Shown here in pieces: positions 43,259 to 53,460 of a stretch of 64,000 bases of DNA. This DNA is from Paecilomyces variotii (lineage: Eukaryota). The DNA is taken from the NCBI GenBank assembly GCA_004022145.1, contig RCNU01000009.1, one strand, 5' to 3'. The notes under the pieces were generated by a model. The model ran no database searches. It had not been told where the DNA came from and saw nothing but the letters and a program-made list of their open reading frames with translations. Within the stretch, counting starts at the first letter, position 1. Each line of letters begins with the position of its first letter. The translations under genes were made by a program, and so were the position numbers.

Positions 43259-44989
43259 ATACACCTCTAGTACCGTTTAAGTTCGATGATGTGTTGCTGA
43301 GCCGCGTTGTTTGTTATGTGATAATGTGAAGTTCCATCGAAACGTGCTGGCCTGCGGGCAGCTGGACTTCAGATATGATTCGCGATCTTTGGGAGCGGCA
43401 AGGAAGGTTCGTCTCCTACTTTATGTTTTGGGGCAGATATGGTCACGGATAATTAGCATGCTGTATTACACGAAATATCCACATACTATGTGGTACAATG
43501 GCGTTTTGCTTGACTGGTGGTCTGGGTTTGTTGTGATTGCTGGTTGCGTCATCTCTGTCTTTTGAGCGTCTTCTTCTCATGTCTTTGCCGGCGTCGTTGG
43601 ACAAGGAATGGACACGGTGGCATATATGGATGCTTGCAAGCCTGGGACTGCATTGCTCTGTTTGTACTGTCTCTGCTTTACATGGCCCTGACTTTGGGTC
43701 GAATGATTGTGCTTATGTGCAACTTTTCTCTTCAGCCACTATTCCCCAACGGCCTGGAGTTGTCACCTTTGTTTTCAAGTGCCTATATGGCACAACTGCA
43801 ACGGTTGCTCGCGATGGGCAACCGGGCAGGAGCATGACCTGTAACATAATCAGTCAAAACATAAAAGCGATAAGAAAAGAAAATAGCCCTTTTGCGGGGT
43901 CTATTTGCCCTTTTTCTTTCCAACTTCTGCTGAGTTACTATAACGATCATTAACCTACCCGCGTAATCATTCTAAACCACCAGTGCGGATCCGCAACTTA
44001 TCATCCTAGTGTAGATCATGTCTATTCAAAATACTCTGCTATGCCTGACGCATCGCTACTCGATCTGGACTATTCCCATTCATTCCAATCAGAGTGCAAA
44101 TTTCCGATCTGGCCCAGGCTTCCAGCACAGAGAACACAGCAAAGCTTGTTGCAACTTCGACCCGCCTGGAGACGACAAGAGAAGCTAAAACACGGAAACT
44201 GCCTGAATCTCGCTCACTGCGGCCCTGAGACGATTCGGTACTTTACAGATCGGGATCGCCACAGCTGTCACCTCGGTAAGTGATCCATGCTAAGTGCTGC
44301 TCTAGTTATCACTTGCGGGGTTGTTACTCCCCATCAAGCAGATCGTGGACCGAAATGGAAGACCTATCATCTTGAGTAGGTGACGTGGAGCATCACGACG
44401 TCAAAGAAGTCTCTCTTGCCCATCAATTGCTCTGCATAGGTCGGTTATCTGAATGACTCTTGTTATGAAGAATTGCGAGCTCGCGATCATCGATATCAGT
44501 TAGCAGTTGCAGTTCTTATCTGAACGGGATGGGTTAGAAAGCTACTAAGTACCTAGCTACTGAGATATGCTCTATCCAGGAAGGTCAGCACCTCGAATCT
44601 TCGAAGATCAGAACAATCCAATTCTTTGGGTTCGTTTGTAATTCTGCTACTGGTCACTCCTGATTACCTCGGCTTCGATATGCTACGTTTGTTCCCAGCG
44701 ACTCCCGGATATCCCCCGCGGGCCTGGATTCCGGCATCCTGGTATACGTACTTAGAGACAATGGTCTGATCGACCACCCCACACTCGGGTCTCGAGCCTG
44801 CAGCGTGCAGAATGCGGGGAGAGGTCAGCCGCCTGGATCTATTTAAAATGTGCGGGGGAGCTCCTTCGTCCTTCGACACAATTCAGATGTCATCTATGCG
44901 CTTGTTCTCTATCTGCTCAAGTTAACTTGGAACACCTTCCCTTTATATCACAATCCCTCCCTTCATATACCAGCATTATACCAGGCCTA

Positions 44990-46590
44990 ATGGCTGCTAC
45001 CATCAGTCGAAGACTGGGACAAGCCACCGGCTTCCTGAGAGGCGGTAATCAGTCTTCAGAACAATTGCCATGGAATCCAGATGCCACGAGATTTCCCACG
45101 CGCAAAGAGCTGCCCAAGATCCCAGGTGCTCCTGAGGGAGCTGCCTGGGTTTGGGGCAAAGACGACCAGGTACGTATCCGACTTTGCTTTCCGGCGGCGC
45201 AGTCAACAGATCGATGAGATCGTTGCTGATGAGTTGGAATTGTACTTTTGCTATAGATTGGAAGATTGAACCTCCTGACTCCTAAACGGGTAAAAGCCGC
45301 TTCTGCTGAGATCAAAACTGGAGAAGTCGTGCCGTTGAAGTGAGTTTTTTTTTTTTTTTTTTTTTTTCTCTCCTTTTCATTCACCGCAGAATCTCGCAGA
45401 TATCACTGCGCTCAGACCAGACTTCTTGCGAAATATGGATGTTTACGGGTGTGATATCTCAACAGTCTTCCACTGAACACCCCCGAAACGCCCGCATTCG
45501 GCCGCGAGAAGTTCGTGCATAAGATCAAGGTCCTAGTAGACAACGTCTGCTACGACGACCAGTACGAGCTCAACACACAGAGCGGCACCCAATGGGACGG
45601 GTTTAGACATGTAAGTTTATATTAATTACCGAGGTAGACTATCTCGAAGACCGCAAGCCACTGACATGGGTCAATGCTTACTCGTATATAGTTCGCACAC
45701 ATGCCGACGCAAACTTTCTACAACGGGGTAAATATCCCACACAATATTTAAAATAAAAAGGAAAAAGAAATGAAAATCCTAACTCGGGACAAAACTATCT
45801 AGGCCAAAGGAACCGACATTGTCGGCCCTACCGCCAACCACAAATGCAGCATCCACCACTGGGCCGAGCACGGCATTGCCGGCCGCGGCATCCTCCTCGA
45901 TTACTGGGGCTACTCCAAAGCCACAACTACGACCCGTACAAATCTCACGGCATCTCGTTCGCGGATCTCCAGAAATGCGGCCAGGCCCAGGGGATCGACA
46001 TCCGGCCCGAGGCCCAAGGCGGCGACATCAAAGTCGGCGATATCCTATTCATCCGCTCGGGATTCGTGGAACAATACCACAAACTAACTCCCGAGGAACG
46101 GACCGCGGGTGCTTTGCGCCCAATGCATCTCGAAAGCGACGATACGGATGCCAGCAAAGCCGCGGAGCAGGACCCCCATAGCCCGGAACTCGAATGGGCC
46201 GGTCTCAAGCAGGAAGAAGCCATAATCGACTGGCTCCATGATTGCTACTTCGCAGGCGTGGTGGGCGATGCACCTTCCTTCGAGGTCTGGCCCACCGCGC
46301 AACCATACTACCTACATGAATACATCCTCTCGCTATGGGGAATGCCGCTGGGTGAGATGTGGGATCTGGAACGGTTGACGAAGAAGGCTCGAGAGTTGAA
46401 ACGCTGGTCGTTCTTCGTTACGAGTGCTCCGGCGAATACTCCTGGTGTGTATAAAACATCCTATTTACCGAGGCATAGCATAGCATAGCATATCTTTGCT
46501 TTGCTTTGCTTCTCTACTATGATGTATACGCTAACTAACAAATAAACAGGCGGCGTCAGCTCCCACGCCAACGCAACTGCAATTTTCTAA
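44990..46590 (+). CDS. Putative cyclase / kynurenine formamidase-like family protein
   Basis: AWVWGKDDQIGRLNLLTP, PAFGR, DDQYELNTQSGTQWDGFRH, HGIAGRGILLDY, VGDILFIRSG, GDAPSFE, LHEYILSLWGMPLGEMWDL, C-terminal PGGVSSHANATAIF. Six exons. Confidence 0.85.
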
Positions 46591-47411
46591 AGCAGGACCA
46601 AATACAAATACGAATATCGATACGAACAGTTCCATATATACTATACCATACCTCTTCTTCCGAGCAACAAATGGCATGGTCGTCACTGTATTATCCTTCT
46701 TTTCTAAGGGTGGGGTGCCTTGATATATCATAAGTACTCATGGCAACATGGACAATACAATATCATGATTTAGTCTTGTTAGAGAGTAAATCACCGAGAC
46801 ATTCGTAGAGGGATTTCATCATAGTGGGAACTAGTAGTAGAGCTTAGGCACGTGTGAAAACGAGGACTCCGTATTTAGACTTGAACAAAGAATTCGAGTG
46901 CGTTGCTGATTTACTTCTAAAGATTAACTGCAAGCAGAACTTCAAGGACATGATCTATTATTGTTTTCTTGACAATAAGAGTGTGATCGGGGTGTGACAA
47001 AATGTGAGTGCCCACCTAAGTTAAAGCACTCAATACCATAATTATGCGTCTCCTGGGACGTCTGATCAGCCTTGTGCTCTGTCAGTACATAGAGCTCGAG
47101 ATGGGGGCGGTTCTAAATTTCCCCTTATGATAGACCTGCAACCTAACTTATCCTATTTCAAGCCTATTTCAGAACTGTACCTCCCTGCGGGTCCAGCCGA
47201 CACCCATAAGCAATATTATGTCAGACTGCGAGACTTCCAAGTCGTACTACTTTAATACCCTATCCTTTATTGCTTGTTTTGACTTCCGTTTTCTCTGTTG
47301 AAACCAACCATTGGTAGGTAACACTTCTCACGATTATCTTGAGAGTCTACTAGAATCATTCTGTCTTGTTACCTGACTATTCTTATCCCTATCGCACCGA
47401 TACGCTGAAAG

Positions 47412-47975
47412 ATGGGACGTATCCACAGTGCCTTTTTTCCTGTATCTAGTCTGCGCTGCTCCTCTGAGCAAAGAGGTCAGTCGTGTCTTTCCTCCCTCTT
47501 TCCCCTCCCTAGGCTTAGCTTAGCTCAAAGTCTGCAGGTCATGGATCGTTTTATTGAGAAAAATGACATGGATGAGGATGAATGGAACCTTGTATTTGTG
47601 GACAGCATTGACGACTATTATGATGAGGCATCAGAAGCACCAGTCGAGGATGGAAGCAGCCCAGATTCCCCATTTATCGGGAAAACGCCTCAAGAATGCC
47701 ACCAACTGCTCTTGAAGCTTGTCGAGGATACAGAGTCTGAAATCATAACTGAATACTTTGCCATTATGGATGAGAGGTCAACGAAAGACGACACTGTCCT
47801 GCTTGTGTGCGCAGAGAGGAATGATGAGGAAGAAGTTGTGGCCTGGCCGACTGTTCGTGCTACTTTTGAGGTTACAGCCGTCGCACTGAAGTGTTATCTT
47901 TCAGGACACAGTAGTATAGAGGAGGATTTGGAGCGTGCTCAACGTGAACATGACAATGTTTATCGTGCACGGTAA
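47412..47975 (+). CDS. Small acidic hypothetical protein (C-terminal half resembles DUF6924-type proteins); 5' structure uncertain
   Basis: Open frame with pattern YFAIMDERSTKDDTVLLV..TVRA..VAL..SIEE. Probable intron 47476-47537 (GTCAGT..CAG). Family resemblance is from memory only. Confidence 0.6.
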   Translation: MGRIHSAFFPVSSLRCSSEQRGQSCLSSLFPLPRLSLAQSLQVMDRFIEKNDMDEDEWNLVFVDSIDDYYDEASEAPVEDGSSPDSPFIGKTPQECHQLLLKLVEDTESEIITEYFAIMDERSTKDDTVLLVCAERNDEEEVVAWPTVRATFEVTAVALKCYLSGHSSIEEDLERAQREHDNVYRAR

Positions 47976-48314
47976 TCTACAGATACAGATACTGTAAGAG
48001 CGAGAAGCCGAGTTAAGGGGAGCAAAGTTGCGTCGAAACAGGAAATGTATGTAGTAGATATCACAATACGAGGTACATACTTGGTCGCTATATCTGCTAT
48101 AGATGGGGTTCCTGTCCTTTACAGGTTGTATGCTTTCGTTTGTTCCGGCCTAATATCTAAGGCATATGATGGCCGCAGGTATATTGAGGCATTATGCCGA
48201 AGCCACGGAAGGATGGCAGCAGGCAGGAGCAGCACCAGCAGGCGCTGAGGAAGGCGAAGACCAGCGAGGGCAGCTGAAAGGTCATATTTCCGGACAGTGC
48301 AAACTTCGATACGG

Positions 48315-48760
48315 GGCACTAATACCGGTATACTTGAAGAACGATTGCAGAGAATCTTCGCAACCACGAAACACTAGAATGCTCTCCTCTTACTTGACGA
48401 AGCAGAAGTGTTTCTCAAAACTCGGACCGAGAAGAACCATTTCATGAATGGTATCGTCGCCGTCTTCCTTCGAATGTTGGAATGGTTTGAAGGGGTGATG
48501 TTCCTCACCACCAATCGAGCTTCAAACTTCGACCCTGCGATTCTGAGTGGTATTCACATCACCATCGAGTATCCAGGTTTGAAGCAGGATCAGCGGATGG
48601 GGATCTGGAGAAGCTCACTTGATCCGGCTCGTACGGTCCGGGGTCCGTCAGACCTGAGCGATGAAGAGGTAGTCAAGCTAGCAAAATTAGATCTCAATGG
48701 TCGAAAGGTATGCTTGAACTAATGCTTTCTTCGACCGCAAATGCACTCATCAAGATGCTA
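48315..48760 (+). pseudogene. 5'-truncated fungal AAA+ ATPase relic with an in-frame stop
   Basis: GTNTGILEERLQRIFATTKH*NALLLLDEAEVFL..VAVFLRMLEWFEGVMFLTTNR..FDPAILS..LNGRK. Walker B is present, TAG at 48375-48377 replaces the usual Trp, and no Walker A is recognisable upstream. The 3' end coordinate is approximate. Confidence 0.8.
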
Positions 48761-49392
48761 ACCGGGAAATGTGGTCATCTAGGCTGCCAGATGTTCAGAG
48801 CCCCTGATCAGTCACGCTATCTTGGCGGATTGACCGGGTCGAATAGTTCGGCCGATCGGCTTCTGGTCCATGCATCTTTAGATATGTGTCGTACAGACCT
48901 GTCCGTTGGTGCACTTGCTGTCTCCTAGCTTTATGGGTGATCGACAACATTTCCGAAGTCCCTAGCAGGTGGAATGCGACCAAGGTCGTAAGGCGAGGTG
49001 TGTATGCTCAAGGCAGGTGATATGGTAGTACTCAATGTATCCTGCGATGTACATGAGAGGTCAGCATCATAGGTCCTTTTCTCTCATGGGGAATCAGTCG
49101 ATACCACCGCCATATAGATTAACCCCGCCTTTTAAAGCGAAGCGATAGTAGGAGGGAATAATCGGCTTGCGAGTCGTTACAAAAGCATATGACCTCATGA
49201 AACCGTTCTTGAGTTGTTTGGGGAGATATGCAGGTTTTCTCAGAAGCAATGTGGTTGGTCATGTTGCCCGTCAAAGAATATGCTTGCTGACTCAGATAAG
49301 CATTTGTCACAAGACAACTTACACAAGACAGATGCAGATCTATGCCCGCCGCCATAGGTCTCTTCACACCAGTTGCCAGTCTGGTGTCCCTG

Positions 49393-51291
49393 CTACACAT
49401 TGTCGTTTGAGTGAGAGGCTGCTTTAGCCTGGATCTGAGAATAGATGGAAATAGCTTGATCGTATGTTGCATGTGAGGTCCAGCCATCCCTTCCCATGAT
49501 TCCCGATACGGCGTCCCAGAAGTCCTGTACTTCATTCCAGCCTTCGCCATCCTCATGATGTTTGCGAATCTCTTCAGGAGAGAAGTTGACGGGGCACCTA
49601 GCTGTATGGCCTAATAAATCCCACTTCCTTCAAATATTTTTTAGTAAGCATAATCAGTCAGATATGTAGAAACATCACTTACTTCTGTACTCTTATTAGA
49701 GACTCTCGTAGCGGTAAGATATCTCCTTCCCATGTATTCCCGACAAAGCGGATGGGGTCTGTCAATGTCTTGCCATCTGGATATCGGAACACTCTGCTTA
49801 AGAGTGGGTTCCTTTCCGCCGTATATTTCTCGTAGAGATATAATAAGATCGACTTGGTGACTTTGTCCTTAACAGCAGTTTGCATATTTTCATCCAGCTG
49901 CTTGAAATTTTCAGGTAGTTCGAGTATCAAGTCACCGTTATAGTCGAGTAAGTGCGGATGGCGGCCTTCTAGAAACAAAGGACCAGCCCATGTGCTCTGC
50001 CAATCTATGATGCTAGTGATATGGCCAGTATCATCGACAAAAACATTAGGAGTGCGAAGGTCCGAGTGCCATAAGAACGACCCCAAAATATTTTCCCCCC
50101 GTGGAACTAGATGAGGAGCAACAGATAGATATCTCTGGAGAAGTGAAACGTGTTCAGCAGGGTTGTTCTGGCTGTGGGAAACGAATAACGGATCGTTGGG
50201 AGAACGCGGAGTTGCATGTTTCTGAATCCAAGCTACCTCTCGAAGGGCCAAAGCCTGTACGTAGTCTACCGCGGAAGTCCCTGTATAATTATCAGTTTAA
50301 ACCAGCGAAAAGGAAATGATGAAACAAGCGTACATGGTCCACGATCAATATCCATGTCGCCTCGCCCCTTACTCCAGAACGCCGTGTCCACCACTGGCCC
50401 AATAGAGAATTTCTCAGCAATGCTGTTCTTGTGTTCATGCAACAATTTATCTCCTTCGACTATTGCAGGGCAAGACCCAGGAGGTGCGTCTTTCCTATAG
50501 AAAAGGCACCCATATCTGCTCAAGTTAGACGTTATATTAAATTTCGTTCCTTAGTCATAAATATACATACTTGGGTAATTTCAACGACAACAATTTGTGC
50601 TGGATGGCCACTATATCCTCCATTGTCTGAACCTTATGTTCAAGGTCCATGTCTGTCCAAACGTCGGCGAGGTTTTTACCCGGAGCATGCTCCATGATAA
50701 TGTACTCAGCGCCTACACGATTCGTAGAGTCAACTGCAGAATTCCATGCAAGAATTTCGGGGACTGGAAGGTGGAGCATGTTTCTTAACTAAAGGTTATG
50801 TCAGATCACTAATATGCAAATCGAAAAAAGGTCAATTAGAATGATTGATGGCAGAAGCTACTCACAAAGTCCATTGTGGCCACCTCTGACGCTGTCGTCA
50901 AGAAAGCTGGTCCAGCATTCGGATTTGGAATCCGAGCAACAACTGCCTTCCCGTTTGCCATCGTGAGCTTGAAAGACTTGTTGTATGACCCTTCCCCTAA
51001 CTTTTCCATTCTAACACAGGGTCCAGAAGATGCTGATTCCACAGCGATTTTCTGCAGTTCAAGTATATCAAATTCACGATACCTCTCTTGAAGTTGCTGC
51101 CTTTCATCCCATATCCATCGTCCGCTTGTGTAGCTGAAGAAATCATGTGGATCTCCGACAATATTAGCCATATGAGACCGAGGGTGTTGATAGGAATAAT
51201 GTCGACTCGTGAAGGGCAACAGCCTGGCCTCTCTAGACAATATTGGCAAAGTACTCTGAATTCTGTTTATAATGCGCGGGAATATAGACAT
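49393..51291 (-). CDS. AIM9-like APH-family phosphotransferase with probable mitochondrial presequence, 5 exons
   Basis: FFSYTSGRW, KLGEGSYNK, VVARIPNP, TTASEVATMDF, VGAEYIIME, LWHSDLRTPNVFV, IIDWQ. Reading frame is intact across four GT-AG introns; TAG at 49393-49395. Confidence 0.87.
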
Positions 51292-51375
51292 GATTGTTGC
51301 ATACCTATACGAGAGAATCGGAGAAAGAATCTCGCAGGAGGCATAGCTTTCTGAGGATCTTTTTTGAGGGGGTGC

Positions 51376-51574
51376 CAGCTCGTCGTGGTTCCAAACTCTT
51401 GGCGCGGTTTTTACACCACTTCCATAACTGATCATATACCACAAAATAATTAGGGATTAGGGAATTAGGGTATTTAGGGTAATCAGGGGATTTTGGTATA
51501 TATTATTGTAGTTAAGTAGGTAAGTGAGAGTTGGTTTGGAACCACGCTGAGCGTTTTGGAACCACGCTGAGCTG
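51376..51574. mobile_element. MITE-like fold-back element (199 bp) with 20-bp terminal inverted repeats and a central TTAGGG array
   Basis: Left CAGCTCGTCGTGGTTCCAAA (51376-51395) and right TTTGGAACCACGCTGAGCTG (51555-51574) are 18/20 complementary. Extra direct copy at 51535-51552; TTAGGG at 51450, 51457, 51465 and 51474. No clear target-site duplication. Confidence 0.5.
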
Positions 51575-51802
51575 TAAGCCCTTTTTGTTATGACATTCGA
51601 ATAGTAGGTATGTGGGTGATTTGTATTATACTGCTGTTTGCTTCTTTGGATGAGATATTGGTTTGGATATATATGTGAAGAAATTCTTACCACAGCCAAG
51701 TTAAACAGATGTACAGTACAGTACATTCTCTGAATATTCAAGTAACGTGAGTGGTATCCTATTCATTATAGTCACAATCGCTGCAAGGACCAATCGATCC
51801 TT

Positions 51803-53460
51803 TCACCGTCCCTCGATGCTCCTGATGCCGCCCTTCCATATCTCAAATGAGACTTCATCCGTCATGATCGCTTTCTTCGTCTCTTCAGCGCCTGTTTCGC
51901 TTCTTTGCACCGCACCGGCTGCCCACGGGGCAAATGCCAGCTTCATTCGTCGTCTAGTGATTCTATCAGCCCTCTGAGAGAGTGAAAGCTGGCTTTCTTC
52001 CGTCTGTGCCTTCTTGGGTGTCTCCGTATCTGCTTCATGGGACCCTGTAGCTGTTTTTTCTTTCTGCGTGACAGGTATCCGATCGCCCGAGCTGGACGTG
52101 GTGGTTACTTCCTGGCTCAACGCCGCTATATCAGCAAGAGAAACCTCTTCGTCCTTCTTCAGTACAATACGACAAGCGATCTGCGCCGACCAGACAAATC
52201 CCAAAGCTGGGATTTTATTTGACGGTGTATGGTATGGGAACTCCGGATCCCAGACCGGCTGGGTATCCCCCCAACCAGTGAAGAATTGCTGCTGACGCGC
52301 GAGGCTCAAAATCTCATTCCGCACCGGATTCCCTATGGGATAGGAACCGTCCGCATTCTCTTCGTCCACGTATGGCGAGGATGGGATTGCAGGTGAAGAT
52401 GACGGAATGCCAGGGTTTATCTCCCCGTTTGCAATATCGAGCCTGCTCTTCTGCGACGCGAGCGCGCCGCCCGACTCGCGGAACGGGCTCGATATCTGGC
52501 CTACCCTTGTCCGGGAGTGTGCGTCTAGAGAATCGAACCTGTCAGAAACTTGATTCGCTACCACGATAGCAATGTCCTCCTTCGCGGCTAGGTTGCGCAG
52601 CATCTGGCCCAGTCTCGCGAGCTCTCCCGATCGCGCAGACAGGCCGAGCATGCTGTGCGACGTGTGTTCTGCGCGGTAGTTCGCTGCGATGGAGTCGATG
52701 ACCACAATCCCGACATTGTAGCGTGATATCGCCACGGGTAGCTGGTAGTTGAGGATGTGGTCCTGTGTCTCGAGGTCGATGGCGTTAATGGAGAGGATAT
52801 TCTGGAGAGAAGGGCGGCTCTTCTCTGGGAGAGCGGAAAGGTGAGGATGGGACTCGATTATTTGCGACAGTCGAGTCGTCGCCAACGGCGCTTCTGTGGA
52901 TATGTATATCGCTCGTTTCCCCAGACCGGTTGATGGAGGGAGCTGCACGGCGAGAAGCAGGTTCAGCAGGAATTGGGTTTTACCACTCGCACTAACGATG
53001 GAGATAAGCAATGGGTCCCTTAAATGAATATAAATAGAGGAATTGAATCCAGTAGTACGCACCTCTCCCCCGTCACCTCCGTTAGATATCCCGTGGGTAT
53101 CCCACCGCCCAAAAGCGCGTCTATGTCGGGATCAAGAGTGCTAATCGTCCTCCATCGCGACGGATCTAGCTTCGTCGAAGGTCCAGGCTTAACTCCCGTA
53201 TCTCGACCATTCACGTCCTCATTCCCGGTTGTTTCCCGCTGGTCGACTTCATCCTGGAACCCCAGATCCTGATGCAATGCCTGAAGTACTTGCGCGGAGA
53301 GACGACGGACGTCTCCGGGCGGGACATGCGCTCGCTTCGCGAGTTCGAGCGGCTCGACTGTGATGAGGTCGACGGTGGTGATGTGTTTCTTTTCCAGCGA
53401 CGGTAGGATATGATTGTAGGATTTTGTCGAGAATCCTGGTATGACTGATAGGAGATCCAT
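51803..53460 (-). CDS. RAD57: DNA repair protein Rad57 (Rad51 paralog)
   Basis: ISTLDPDIDALLGGGIPTGYLTEVTGE|SASGKTQF (Walker A across the intron), YISTE, VVIDSIAANYR (Walker B), VVANQVSDRF, PALGFVW. Confidence 0.92.

Noticed and set aside
43878-43908. Hairpin followed by a T-rich run resembling a bacterial intrinsic terminator
   Set aside because: Eukaryotic context and a short imperfect stem expected by chance.
44990-51291. Accessory pocket as a Starship or other large mobile element
   Set aside because: No DUF3435 tyrosine recombinase, transposase or flanking direct repeats recognised.
51535-51572. 18-bp direct repeat as a CRISPR-like array
   Set aside because: Only two copies with a 2-bp spacer in a fungal genome; better explained as part of the fold-back element.
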